NCBI RefSeq assembly: GCF_000284115.1
Contig: NC_017080.1
Coordinates: 2,280,001 to 2,312,000 of the forward strand
From: Phycisphaera mikurensis NBRC 102666
Lineage (GTDB): Bacteria > Planctomycetota > Phycisphaerae > Phycisphaerales > Phycisphaeraceae
Direction: 5' to 3'
DNA: 32,000 nt
The notes under the pieces were generated by a model that had not been told where the DNA came from, made no database searches, and worked only from the letters and a program-made list of their open reading frames with translations. Every line of letters begins with the position of its first letter. The first letter of the stretch is position 1. A program made the position numbers and the translations under genes. Positions 16,724 through 25,940 of the stretch are shown here, piece by piece.

Positions 16724-17779
16724 ATGACCACCTTCCCTTCCGGAACCCAGCAGATGCCCGCCGCCTCGCCGCCGACCGGCGAGGACCGCCGGGCACGCTC
16801 CGCGGGCATCCGCAACGCGCGGGAAGGCTTCGTCTTCGCGCTGCTGCTGGGCTGCGGCCTCTTCAGCGTCGGCACGATGCTGATGATCCTGTGGATCCTG
16901 CTCAGCAACACGGTCACCTTCTTCGGCCACCCGATGCAGGACGTCTCCGGGCAGGTGAGCACCGTGACGCCCCGCGAGTTCCTCACCGGCGGCGAGTGGA
17001 ACCCGCTGCTCGGCGCCGAGAAGCACTTTGGGATGTGGCCGCTGGTGGTGGGCACGCTTCAGGTGGCGGTGGTGGCGATGGTGTTCGCGCTGCCGCTGGG
17101 GCTGATGGTCGCGATCTGGCTCAGCGAGTACGCGGCGCCGAAGGTGCGGGCGGTGGTCAAGCCCGTGCTCGAGGTCATCGCCGGCGTGCCGACGGTGGTC
17201 TTCGGCTTCTTCGCGATCACCTTCATCACCCCGACGCTGCGGCTGGCCTGGCTGCCCGGCGGCCGCGACAACGCGTACTACAACTGGTTCGACTTCGGCA
17301 CCTACAACGTGCTCGCCGCGGGCCTCGCCGTGGGCATCATGTGCATCCCGATCGTCACGAGCCTCTCCGAGGACGCCCTGCGGGCCGTGCCCCGGTCGCT
17401 CCGCGAGGGCAGCTACGGGCTGGGCGCCTCGCGCTTCGAGACGTCGGTGAAGGTGGTGCTGCCGGCGGCGCTCTCGGGCGTGATCGCCGCCTTCCTGCTC
17501 GCGGTGGCCCGTGCCGTGGGAGAGACGATGATCGTCGCGCTCGCCGCCGGGTCGCTCCCGCCGAACCTCGCCGACCGCCCCGGCGACGTCTTCGACCTGA
17601 CGCAGGACACGCAGACGATGACCGGCTACATCGTGCAGATCTACCTGGGCGACGTCGCCCACGGCGGCGTCGAGTACCTGTCGGTCTACGCGATCGCCTT
17701 CACCCTCTTCGTGATCACGCTGTTGCTCACGATCGGCGGCGGCATCATCCGCACCCGCTTCCGGCAAGCGTACGAGTGA
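16724..17779 (+). CDS. pstC: Phosphate ABC transporter permease PstC
   Basis: 351-aa polytopic membrane protein in the second position of the operon. The permease loop SEDALRAVPRSLREGSYGLGASRFET (EAA-type motif) matches the PstC pattern. Confidence 0.85.
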   Translation: MTTFPSGTQQMPAASPPTGEDRRARSAGIRNAREGFVFALLLGCGLFSVGTMLMILWILLSNTVTFFGHPMQDVSGQVSTVTPREFLTGGEWNPLLGAEKHFGMWPLVVGTLQVAVVAMVFALPLGLMVAIWLSEYAAPKVRAVVKPVLEVIAGVPTVVFGFFAITFITPTLRLAWLPGGRDNAYYNWFDFGTYNVLAAGLAVGIMCIPIVTSLSEDALRAVPRSLREGSYGLGASRFETSVKVVLPAALSGVIAAFLLAVARAVGETMIVALAAGSLPPNLADRPGDVFDLTQDTQTMTGYIVQIYLGDVAHGGVEYLSVYAIAFTLFVITLLLTIGGGIIRTRFRQAYE

Positions 17780-17819
17780 ACCCGCGACCCCGCCGCTTCG
17801 GCTCTTCCGGAAACCCGCC

Positions 17820-19391
17820 ATGACGACGCTTTCCTCCTCCGCCGCGGCGTCCGCCCGCGACGCCTCCGCCCCGCCGCCGCCCGCGGGCGCCGGCGAACGG
17901 ACGCGCTACCCGGTCCGCAGCCGCCGCTCCCGCGTCGCGGTCGACCGGGTCTTCCAGATCGTCTGCATCGCCGCGGCCGTGCTGGCGATCTCGCTGCTGG
18001 TCGTGCTGATCGTCGCGATCACCTTCCGCGGCGCCCCGCGGCTCTTCGGGCACTTCGGCGAGTTCCTCACCGGCTTCCACAGCTCCAATCCGCTGGAGGC
18101 CGGGATCGCCGCGGCCATCGTGGGCACGCTGTGGCTGCTGCTGGTGTGCGCCATCTCGGCCATCCCCCTGGGCGTCGGCACCGCCGTGCTGCTGGAGGAG
18201 TACCGCCCCAAGAACCGCTTCCTCCGCTGGCTGCACGGGCTCGTGCAGCTGAACATCACCAACCTCGCCGGCGTGCCGTCAATCGTCTACGGCATCCTCG
18301 GCCTCACGGTGTTCGCCGGCTTCATCGCCTTCAACGACCGCATCGGCGACCCGCTGGTGACGGTCGGCCAGAGCTGGTTCCGCACCTACGAGAGCGTCGG
18401 CGGGGAATACTTCTACGTGCCGGTGGCGACGCGGGCCGAGGCCGAGGACGGCACGCCCGCCGCGCCCGGCATGGCTTTCCTCGATGCGCCGCGGACCGGA
18501 GCCGCCTCGGCCGAGGTCGACGTGCGGTCCGCGGCCGAGGTCGCCGGCGTCGAGCGTGCCGTCGACGAGGCGATCCGCGGGCTGGAGCGGAAGATCAAGA
18601 CCGAGCTGCGGGCGGCGCAGGAGGGCGGCCGCGGGCCCGCCGCGATCGACGACGCGAAGGCGTCCGCCATGGCGGCCGCCGTCTTCGACGGCGTGACGAT
18701 GAGGGCGGACCTCGGCGAGCTTTCCGGCATCGCCACCGCCTCCTTCCGGGCGATGGACGGCCAGGAGAGCATGACCCTGATGCGGTCGCGCCGCGAGCTC
18801 GCGGCCGAGCTGACCGCCGCGGAGATCAAGGCCAACGGCGTGGGCAACGTCGTCGCCGCCGGCACCGCCTCCACCCCGATCGACCACAAGGCCGCGTACT
18901 ACATGCAGCTGCCCTTCGGCCGCGGCCTGCTCGCCGGCGGGCTGACGCTGATGCTGGTGATCCTGCCGATCATCATCGTCGCCAGCCAGGAGGCGATCCG
19001 CTCGGTCCCGCCGTCCATGCGCGCCGGCTGCCTCGCGCTGGGCGGCACGAAGTGGCAGGCGATCCAGAAAGTCGTCTTGCCCTCGGCCATCCCGGGCATC
19101 TGCACCGGCAGCATCCTCGCGATGAGCCGCGCCATCGGCGAGGCCGCCCCGCTGCTGATGATCGGTGCCGTCTTTCTCACCTTCGTCCCCGGCCCCAAGC
19201 CCTTCTTCGGCGACGGCAACCTGACCGACAGCTTCACCGCCCTGCCGCTGCAGATCTTCTCGTGGACGAGCATGCCCGCCGACGGCTTCCGCGACGCCGC
19301 CGCGGCGGGCATCATCGTGCTGCTGGCAATCCTCCTGGTCTTCAACCTCGCCGCCATCCTCATCCGCCAGAAGTACACCGCCAAGGATTGA
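17820..19391 (+). CDS. pstA: Phosphate ABC transporter permease PstA (long form with about 190-aa soluble insertion)
   Basis: 523 aa. The C-terminal half has [39 protein letters not shown] (EAA motif, PstA-like). A hydrophilic Ala/Glu-rich segment (about nt 18333-18915) separates transmembrane blocks. Confidence 0.8.
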   Translation: MTTLSSSAAASARDASAPPPPAGAGERTRYPVRSRRSRVAVDRVFQIVCIAAAVLAISLLVVLIVAITFRGAPRLFGHFGEFLTGFHSSNPLEAGIAAAIVGTLWLLLVCAISAIPLGVGTAVLLEEYRPKNRFLRWLHGLVQLNITNLAGVPSIVYGILGLTVFAGFIAFNDRIGDPLVTVGQSWFRTYESVGGEYFYVPVATRAEAEDGTPAAPGMAFLDAPRTGAASAEVDVRSAAEVAGVERAVDEAIRGLERKIKTELRAAQEGGRGPAAIDDAKASAMAAAVFDGVTMRADLGELSGIATASFRAMDGQESMTLMRSRRELAAELTAAEIKANGVGNVVAAGTASTPIDHKAAYYMQLPFGRGLLAGGLTLMLVILPIIIVASQEAIRSVPPSMRAGCLALGGTKWQAIQKVVLPSAIPGICTGSILAMSRAIGEAAPLLMIGAVFLTFVPGPKPFFGDGNLTDSFTALPLQIFSWTSMPADGFRDAAAAGIIVLLAILLVFNLAAILIRQKYTAKD

Positions 19392-19440
19392 TCGCCCGGA
19401 GCCCGCACGCCCCGCGCCCGGCCCACGAGGAGCCTTCCCG

Positions 19441-20328
19441 ATGCCCACGACCATGACCCAACCCACCGAGCCCTCCGCCTCGCCAGAAGCCGGCGCCCCG
19501 CCGCGGGTCGCACCGCCCTCGCCCACCGCCGCCCTCGGCGGCGACGTGCAGGAAAGCGTCGACCTCGACGACGCCCCCACGCTGCTCGAGCTCCGCGGGT
19601 TTTCCTGCTGGTACGGAGACTTCCAGGCCTGCCATGACATCAGCCTGGCGATCCCCGCGAACAAGGTCACGGCCTTCATCGGGCCCTCCGGCTGCGGCAA
19701 GTCGACGCTGCTGCGATGGATCAACCGCATGAACGACCTCGTGCCCGGCGCCCGCGCCGAGGGGCAGGTCAGCCTGCACGGCGAGAACCTGCTGGACCGC
19801 AGCGTCGACGTCGTTTCGCTCCGCCGGCGCATCGGGATGGTCTTCCAGCGGCCCAACCCCTTCTCCAAGAGCATCTACGACAACGTGGCCTTCGGGCCGC
19901 GGCTGCACTACAAGCTCAGCCGATCGCAGACCGACGACCTCGTCGAGGCGTCGCTGCGCGGCTCGGCCCTCTGGGACGAGGTGAAGGACCGGCTGAAGCA
20001 GTCGGCGCTGGGCCTCTCCGGCGGCCAGCAGCAGCGGCTGTGCATCGCCCGGGCGATCGCCGCCGAGCCGGAGATCCTGCTGATGGACGAGCCCTGCTCG
20101 GCGCTGGACCCCAAGAGCACCGTCGCCATCGAGGACCTGATGGCCGAGCTCAAGAAGAAGTACACGATCGCGATCGTGACGCACAACATGCAGCAGGCGG
20201 CCCGCGCCAGCGACCAGACCGCGTTCCTCTTCGAGGGCAAGCTCATCGAGTGCGGCGCCACCCGCCGGGTCTTCACCAAGCCCAACAGCGAGCAGACGGA
20301 GAATTACATCACCGGCCGGTTCGGCTGA
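19441..20328 (+). CDS. pstB: Phosphate ABC transporter ATP-binding protein
   Basis: Walker [10 protein letters not shown], signature [14 protein letters not shown], Walker [14 protein letters not shown]-loop VTHNM. The C-terminal ENYITGRFG is typical of PstB. It has an N-terminal extension of about 35 aa. Confidence 0.92.
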   Translation: MPTTMTQPTEPSASPEAGAPPRVAPPSPTAALGGDVQESVDLDDAPTLLELRGFSCWYGDFQACHDISLAIPANKVTAFIGPSGCGKSTLLRWINRMNDLVPGARAEGQVSLHGENLLDRSVDVVSLRRRIGMVFQRPNPFSKSIYDNVAFGPRLHYKLSRSQTDDLVEASLRGSALWDEVKDRLKQSALGLSGGQQQRLCIARAIAAEPEILLMDEPCSALDPKSTVAIEDLMAELKKKYTIAIVTHNMQQAARASDQTAFLFEGKLIECGATRRVFTKPNSEQTENYITGRFG

Positions 20329-20344
20329 GGCGTCGGCGGGACGT

Positions 20345-20680
20345 TCAGCCCCGCCCCGCCGGCGGCCGAGCCAGCAGCCGCTCCACCTCCTCGGCCAGCC
20401 CGGCGGCCGCGGCGGGCACTCCCGCCGCCCCGAAGGCCCGTTGCAGCGCACGCCGGTGCTGGCCGAGCAGGACGCGAGCCCGCGTGCGGCCGATCGGCTC
20501 GCCCTCGGCGCCGACAAGCCGCCCCGCCAGCACGTGCAGCCCGACCAGCGCGGGCGTTGCCGCGCGCCAGCGGCGGCCGTCCTCGTCGTCGGGCAGCGCC
20601 GCCGCGGCCTGCGCCAGCGCGACCCCGCCGGCGAGCACGCCGAGGGCTTCCCCCTCCGATGGGCCGCCGTCTGCGGTCAT
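20345..20680 (-). CDS. Hypothetical 111-aa protein
   Basis: ATG start with strongly G/C-biased third positions, and the region is otherwise unassigned. No family recognised. It could be a GC artefact. Confidence 0.3.
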   Translation of the reverse strand: MTADGGPSEGEALGVLAGGVALAQAAAALPDDEDGRRWRAATPALVGLHVLAGRLVGAEGEPIGRTRARVLLGQHRRALQRAFGAAGVPAAAAGLAEEVERLLARPPAGRG

Positions 20681-20709
20681 GCCCGACCGTAGCCGCTCTA
20701 CCCTTGGCC

Positions 20710-21516
20710 GTGGCTGCCCGCGGACCGTGGACGAAATCCGCCCGGAACCGGCCCGGTCCGCGGCGCGGGCTCGGGGCGCTCGCGCTGTGCCTCGCCGCGG
20801 GCGTCGCGGCGCAGGACGTCCCGCCCGCCGCGAGCCTCCCCCACGTCCGGGTCGACCGGGAGGCCGGCATCGTCGAGTTCGCCGCGGAGGTCATCGGTCG
20901 CGAGGCGGACTGGCTCGAGCTGCTGGTCTGCAGCGCCGGCGGCCGCGAGCACGAGTCGCTGCTGCGCACCGAGGCGGCCCCGTCGCACGTCCACCTCGGC
21001 CTGGTGATGATCGGCCTGGAACCCGGCCGGCCCGCGGGCGTGGGGCCCGGTGGCGCCGCCATCTCGCCGGCGGGCCCGGGGCTGCGGGTGACGCTGCACA
21101 GCCCCGACGGAGCCTTCCCCGCGGCCGAGGCGGGCGGGTGGCTGCTCGACCGCACCGCGGGCCGGACGCTGGCCCGGGCCGGCTGGCGCTTCACCGGATC
21201 CCGCGTCCTGGAGGACGCCGCCGGCCCGGCTTACCTCGCCGACGTCAACGGCACGCTGCTCTCGCTGGTCTCCTTCGGCGACGACCTCGTGCTGCTGGAC
21301 CTCGCCGCCGAGCGAGCGCTGAACGCGGGCAACGACGGCCAGCGCTTCGCCGCCTCTTCGGCCGTGCCCGGCGCCGGCACGGCGGTGCTCGTGCGGCTCG
21401 GCGCGGCCGGAGGCGGACCCGCCGGAGGGGCCGCAGTTGACACCGGGCCGGACCGGCCGGACACTCCGGGCCCCTCCCCGGAGAACGCTCCGGATCCCCC
21501 GCAGGACGCCGAATGA
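20710..21516 (+). CDS. Secreted hypothetical protein (possibly YdjY-domain-like)
   Basis: 3' part of ORF 20557..21516. GTG at 20710 (or TTG at 20704) precedes the signal-like RRGLGALALCLAAGVAAQD. The body has VRVDREAGIVEFAAEV...WLELLVCSAGGREHESLLRTEAAPSHVHLGLVMIGLEPG. From memory this resembles proteins annotated as YdjY domain; unverified. Confidence 0.5.
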   Translation: MAARGPWTKSARNRPGPRRGLGALALCLAAGVAAQDVPPAASLPHVRVDREAGIVEFAAEVIGREADWLELLVCSAGGREHESLLRTEAAPSHVHLGLVMIGLEPGRPAGVGPGGAAISPAGPGLRVTLHSPDGAFPAAEAGGWLLDRTAGRTLARAGWRFTGSRVLEDAAGPAYLADVNGTLLSLVSFGDDLVLLDLAAERALNAGNDGQRFAASSAVPGAGTAVLVRLGAAGGGPAGGAAVDTGPDRPDTPGPSPENAPDPPQDAE

Positions 21517-21788
21517 TGAAGACAGTTTCCCACCGCAAGCTCACGCTCCTGGCGGCCGTGGCCGGCTCGACGCTCCTGCTCTCGCTCGGCGGCACCGGCT
21601 GCACGAAGGCGCAGCGGATCCGGGCGAACTACACCCCCTACCTCGACAGCACCGCGTACAACAGCGAGCAGGACCGCAACCGGCAGGCCCGCGTCATCGA
21701 CCACAACACCCGGGGGGTCTGGGACGACCTCAACCGGGTGCTCCTCCTCGATCAGCCGTCGCGGCTCTCCCCCTACACCATCCCCTGA
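21513..21788 (+). CDS. Small lipoprotein (91 aa), unknown function
   Basis: MMKTVSHRKLTLLAAVAGSTLLLSLGGTGC is a signal peptide plus a lipobox Cys. Its ATG overlaps the upstream stop (ATGA), which implies coupling. Confidence 0.55.
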   Translation: MMKTVSHRKLTLLAAVAGSTLLLSLGGTGCTKAQRIRANYTPYLDSTAYNSEQDRNRQARVIDHNTRGVWDDLNRVLLLDQPSRLSPYTIP

Positions 21789-21823
21789 TCCCGAGGCGCG
21801 GCGTGGCCCGCTAGCATCCCGGC

Positions 21824-22396
21824 ATGGGACTCGAAGCCACTCTGCCCGCCGACGGGTTCATGACCACGCGGCTCACCAGCGCGATCAACTGGGCCCGCCG
21901 GTCCTCCGTTTGGCCGATGCCGTTCGCGACGGCCTGCTGCGGGATCGAGCTGATGGCCTCCGCCTCCTCCCGCTTCGACCTCGCCCGCTTCGGGGCCGAG
22001 GTGATGCGCTTCTCGCCGCGCCAGGCCGACCTGATGCTGGTGGCCGGCCGCGTGAGCGTCAAGATGATGCCGGTGCTGCAGCGCATCTACGAGCAGATGT
22101 GCGAGCCGAAGTGGGTCGTTTCCATGGGGGCCTGCGCCTCCACCGGCGGCGTCTTCGACACGTACGCGGTCGTCCAGGGCATCGACCAGTACATCCCCGT
22201 CGACGTCTACGTGCCCGGCTGCCCGCCGCGCCCCGAGACGCTGATCGAGGGGATCATGGCGATCCAGCGGATCATCGACGCCGACAACCTGCCGCGTGAT
22301 CCCGACGGCCTCCGCCAGCCGCTGGGCATCACCGTGGAGCCGACGTACACGCCGCGGCCGATCCCGGTGGGCATCTCCGCCGCCTCCCGCGCCTGA
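21824..22396 (+). CDS. nuoB: NADH-quinone oxidoreductase subunit B (NuoB / 20-kDa PSST family)
   Basis: [38 protein letters not shown] and [10 protein letters not shown] are present. All four Cys ligands of the N2 [4Fe-4S] cluster are there. Confidence 0.88.
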   Translation: MGLEATLPADGFMTTRLTSAINWARRSSVWPMPFATACCGIELMASASSRFDLARFGAEVMRFSPRQADLMLVAGRVSVKMMPVLQRIYEQMCEPKWVVSMGACASTGGVFDTYAVVQGIDQYIPVDVYVPGCPPRPETLIEGIMAIQRIIDADNLPRDPDGLRQPLGITVEPTYTPRPIPVGISAASRA

Positions 22397-22474
22397 AACC
22401 GCTCCCGGGCCGCTCCCGCCGGCGACGGCGATGAGCTGCCCGGGGAATGCCGGGCGTGCGACTGCGTACGCGAC

Positions 22475-22492
22475 GAGCGGGCAATCCCGCTC
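22475..22492. terminator. GC hairpin between convergent nuoB and ilvC (candidate bidirectional terminator)
   Basis: GAGCGGG-CAAT-CCCGCTC has a 7-bp perfect stem and lies 19 nt beyond the ilvC stop. A second hairpin, GCCCGG-GGAATG-CCGGGC, lies at 22438-22455. Neither side has a U-tract. Confidence 0.3.
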
Positions 22493-22510
22493 CGCCGCCG
22501 CCGGTCGGGC

Positions 22511-23563
22511 TCAGGCCTTGGCGGCGCCGTCCGCATCGACCTCGACCGCCTTGCCGTCCTGCAGCTCGACGGGGTTGAGCCAGGGCATCATGCGGCGCAG
22601 CTCCTTGCCGACGCCCTCGACGCCGTGGCCTGCATTCTCGGCGCGCTGCTTCTTGAACCAGGCGAAGCCGTTGGCGTAATCGTCGCGGAAGGCCTTGGCG
22701 AAGCTGCCGTCCTGGATGTGCGTCAACGCGTCCTTCATCCGCTGCTTGCTGGCGTCGTCGACGATCTTCGGACCGGTGTAGTAGTCGCCGAACTCGGCGG
22801 TGTTGCTGATGCTGTACCGCATGTAGTCCAGGCCGCCGCGCTTGATCAAGTTGATGATCAGCTCGAGCTCGTGGCAGACCTCGAAGTAGGCGAGCTCCTC
22901 GGGGTAGCCGGCCTCGGTGAGGACCTCGAAGCCCTTCTTGATCGACTCGGACAGGCCGCCGCAGAGCACGACCTGCTCGCCGAAGAGGTCGGTCTCGCAC
23001 TCGTCCTTGAAGTTGGTGACGAGGATGCCGCCCTTGCCGCCGCCGACGCCGATGGCGTAGGCGAGCGCCTTCTCCCGCGCGGAGCCGGTCGCGTCCTGGT
23101 GGACGGCCAGCAGGGCGGGCACGCCGCCGCCGCGCTCGTACTCCCAGCGGACGGTGTGGCCGGGGCCCTTGGGGGCGACCATCACCACGTCGACGTTCTG
23201 AGGCGGATCGATCGTCTTGAAGTGCACGTTGAAGCCGTGCGTGAAGAGCAGCGTCTGGCCGTCGCGGAGGTTCGGAGCGATGTCCTGCTCGTAGACGCCG
23301 GGCTGCACCTCGTCGGGCAGGCAGACCGAGACGAGATCGGCCTTGCTCACGGCCTCGGCGACGGGCGTGGGCGTGAAGCCGTGCTTGCTGGCGAGCTTGC
23401 CGTTGGCGGAGTCGGGCCGGTTGGCGACGATGACCGTGAGGCCCGAGTCGCGGAGGTTCTGGGCGTGGGCGTGGCCCTGGCTGCCGTAGCCGAGAACGGC
23501 GATGGTCTTGCCTTGGAGCGGCGCGAGGGAGCCGTCCTTCTCGTAGAGCGTTTCGATGGCCAT
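22511..23563 (-). CDS. ilvC: Ketol-acid reductoisomerase (class I)
   Basis: ATG at 23563 inside ORF 22511..23812. The product starts MAIETLYEKDGSLAPLQGKTIAVLGYGSQGHAHAQNLRDSG and continues with LLFTHGFNVHF, MVAPKGPGHTVR and LFGEQVVLCGG. These are canonical KARI motifs. Confidence 0.92.
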   Translation of the reverse strand: MAIETLYEKDGSLAPLQGKTIAVLGYGSQGHAHAQNLRDSGLTVIVANRPDSANGKLASKHGFTPTPVAEAVSKADLVSVCLPDEVQPGVYEQDIAPNLRDGQTLLFTHGFNVHFKTIDPPQNVDVVMVAPKGPGHTVRWEYERGGGVPALLAVHQDATGSAREKALAYAIGVGGGKGGILVTNFKDECETDLFGEQVVLCGGLSESIKKGFEVLTEAGYPEELAYFEVCHELELIINLIKRGGLDYMRYSISNTAEFGDYYTGPKIVDDASKQRMKDALTHIQDGSFAKAFRDDYANGFAWFKKQRAENAGHGVEGVGKELRRMMPWLNPVELQDGKAVEVDADGAAKA

Positions 23564-23729
23564 GTCTGCCGGGATCCTTGGGTGCGTGGGAGCCCCCGGA
23601 GCCGCGTGGCCCGCGCGGCGGCCCACCGTAGAAGCCGCCCCCGCGGGCGTCAACGCCGGCGGCGGGCCCCGCGGACCGCGGCGTCCGGGCGGCTTTTCGC
23701 GTCGCGATCCGCGGGCGGGGCACGCCCGC

Positions 23730-24728
23730 TCACGAGCGCCGGCGCAGCGCCCCCATCGCGATGCCCAGCCCGGGCAGCCGGGGCTCGATCTCCCGGGCGA
23801 AGCGGGCGGCATCGACGCCGTAGCCCTTGGTGGAGGCGACGCCGGGGCACGCGGCGGCGAAGAAGGCCGCGAAGCGGGCCATCAGGAGCTCGCGGCTGTA
23901 CTTGGCCGCCATCGACGCGAGCGCGACCGGCAGGTGCCGCTCCTCGGCTTGCACCTCGAAGCGGACGAGCATCCACCGGCCGTCGCCGAGCAGGCGGTAC
24001 GCGGACAGGGACGGGGTCTCGGCCAGCACCTCCAGCCGGGCCCCGGGGAGCGCCGCGCGCAGCGCGGCCCCGTAGCGGGTCCGGCCGCCCTGCCGGTCGA
24101 CGGCGACGACGGGCCCGTCGCCGCCGCGGGTCCGCCAGAGCTCGCGCAGCCGGCCCATCGCGCGGGCGAGGTTGACGGCGGCCTTGCCGCCGGGTCCACC
24201 CGCCTCGGCGTTGAAGGCGTCCTCCAGGACCACCGCGACGGAGAACGGCGCGGCGGCGACGCCGATGCGGGCCGCGGCGGCGGCGAGCTGGCCCCGCGCG
24301 ACCGCGAGCTCGCCGGCCGGCACGGAAGCGGGCAGCGGGGGCGTCGGAGCGGCCCGGTACCACGGCGGCAGCGGCGTCGGCAGCCCGGCGGCGACGGCGT
24401 CGAACCAGGCCGCCTCGGTCGCGGGCCGCTGCCCCGCGAGGTCCGCGAAGGCCAGCACCCCGCGCTCGAGGTGGGCGAGCCCGGCGGCCCGGCCGGTCAG
24501 CTTCTTCGAGTCGTTCACCGGGATGCGGCCCGAACGCCGGGCCTCGCCGACGGTGCGGCAGACCACGCGGGAGAGCCGGGCCCAGAGGTCCGGCGGCCGC
24601 CACGCGAGCGGGTCGGGGCCGGCGGCGGGGCTCGGCAGCGCGCCGATCTCCAGCACGCACCGGCCGACGGTGAGCGGGCCGAACAGCGGGCCGTAGCCCG
24701 CTTCGTCGATGCCGGCGTAGACGAGCAT
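23730..24728 (-). CDS. RNase HII-family protein, atypical long form (332 aa)
   Basis: Four segments follow the RNase HII motif order. GIDEAGYGPLFGPL corresponds to DEAG.GPL. VNDSKKLT corresponds to DSKKL. VVAVDRQGG is the IDG-equivalent. LASMAAKYSRELLM corresponds to AASI.AK..RD, followed by TKGYGVD. An extra segment of about 100 aa separates DSKKL from VDRQG. Confidence 0.55.
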   Translation of the reverse strand: MLVYAGIDEAGYGPLFGPLTVGRCVLEIGALPSPAAGPDPLAWRPPDLWARLSRVVCRTVGEARRSGRIPVNDSKKLTGRAAGLAHLERGVLAFADLAGQRPATEAAWFDAVAAGLPTPLPPWYRAAPTPPLPASVPAGELAVARGQLAAAAARIGVAAAPFSVAVVLEDAFNAEAGGPGGKAAVNLARAMGRLRELWRTRGGDGPVVAVDRQGGRTRYGAALRAALPGARLEVLAETPSLSAYRLLGDGRWMLVRFEVQAEERHLPVALASMAAKYSRELLMARFAAFFAAACPGVASTKGYGVDAARFAREIEPRLPGLGIAMGALRRRS

Positions 24729-24898
24729 GGGCGGACGGGCGGGGCGGGCGAGGGATCGGCGGCGGGCTCGGCGGCGAGGAAGTTTGCGCGGAAGGTTGGG
24801 TTTGTGCCGGCTGGGGGGTAGGTTTCGGTGTCGCGGGTGTTATCGGTCGTTCCGATCGATCCGCCCGCCGCCGGTCCTGCCCGCACCCCCCGATCCCC

Positions 24899-25705
24899 AT
24901 GAAGCCTCTCGCCGCCTCCGCCCCCGCGCTCGCCTTCGCCCTCGCGGCCGTCGTCGCGCCCACGCTCGCCGCCGCCGCCGGGCCGATGCAGCGGCCCAAC
25001 CGCGTCACCGACAACCCGACCTCGACGACCAACAAGGTGCTCGTGGCCGTGCCCACGGCGGACCTCTCCGCCTACGACTTCCTCTACGTCGCCACCGAGG
25101 CCGACCTCGACGCTTACGGCACGCCCGTGGCCGTCGACGGAGCGACGCCCTTCAACAGCACCCTGGTGCTCATGAGCGCCCCGCTGCTGGAGGCCCGCAA
25201 CGGGTTCTGGGGGCGGAACTTCCTGCGGGCGGAGCGGACCGGTTTCCAGACCTACGCCCCCGGCTCCTCCGCGGCGGAGGGCAACAACACGCTCGGCGAG
25301 GAGGTCGCCGCCCTCCGCGATGCGCTGGCCCGGCCGGTGAGCGTCCACGCCGCCGCGGGCCCGCGCCTCAAGGATCTGCCCGCCGGCCTCCGCGGCGACC
25401 CGTGGGCGCTGCTCAACAGCGGCCGGCTCCGCGACGCCGGCTCGGTCTTCGCCGGCCTGCCCGCTTCGCCGCAGCGGGACGCGGGGATGGCGCTCGCCGC
25501 CGCCCTCCTGGGCAAGCTCGACGCCGCGGGCGAGCGGCTCGACGCGATGGACGCGGCTTCGCTCGGCGACCTGCCGATGATGCCGCGCCTCGTCGAGCAG
25601 GCCCGCGGCCTGGCCTCGGAGGCCTACGCGGGGCGGCCGGCCGCCGCGGTGCTGGACGCGATGGCCGACGCCGCGATGCCGGCGTCCGCCGACCTGTCCA
25701 AGTGA
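24899..25705 (+). CDS. Secreted hypothetical protein (268 aa)
   Basis: ATG start and a signal peptide (MKPLAASAPALAFALAAVVAPTLAAAAG). Composition is normal and third positions are G/C-rich. No family recognised. Confidence 0.55.
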   Translation: MKPLAASAPALAFALAAVVAPTLAAAAGPMQRPNRVTDNPTSTTNKVLVAVPTADLSAYDFLYVATEADLDAYGTPVAVDGATPFNSTLVLMSAPLLEARNGFWGRNFLRAERTGFQTYAPGSSAAEGNNTLGEEVAALRDALARPVSVHAAAGPRLKDLPAGLRGDPWALLNSGRLRDAGSVFAGLPASPQRDAGMALAAALLGKLDAAGERLDAMDAASLGDLPMMPRLVEQARGLASEAYAGRPAAAVLDAMADAAMPASADLSK

Positions 25706-25769
25706 CCCGCCGGGTCCGGATCCGACGCTCCCGCGGACCGCGGACCGCGGGCCCCCGGGCGCCGCGGGG

Positions 25770-25787
25770 CCCGCGATCCGCGGGTTT
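25770..25787 (+). terminator. Candidate intrinsic terminator after the 24899-25705 gene
   Basis: CCCGCG-ATC-CGCGGG followed by TTT, 65 nt after the stop. The stem is short and the T-tract weak. Confidence 0.3.
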
Positions 25788-25940
25788 CGAGCGGCCCGGC
25801 CGAAGGTCCACCCGCTCGGGCGCGACCTACTCTCCGGACCGGGCCGCGGCATCCGCGCCGCCGGCCGAAGCATCCGCTCAACCCCGCTCCCGGCGGAAGG
25901 AACCCGCACCATCGAATCCGGTCTTCGTGAAACCCTCAAG

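Noticed and set aside
14016-16727. 903-aa plus-strand ORF
   Set aside because: It is an off-frame read across the methyltransferase gene, the antisense of the HEAT lipoprotein gene, and pstS. The composition is Arg/Gly/Pro-rich.
15649-16738. pstS and pstC both begin MTTFP (ATGACGACCTTCCC versus ATGACCACCTTCCC), and pstA begins MTT
   Set aside because: This is curious, but the match is only 14 nt of high-frequency codons. It is most simply coincidence, and I cannot support a shared initiation element from one operon.
20557-20709. Upstream extension of the secreted-protein ORF starting at 20557
   Set aside because: The extension is Arg/Pro-rich and overlaps the minus-strand ORF 20345-20680. 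The signal-peptide-like segment begins just after the GTG at 20710.
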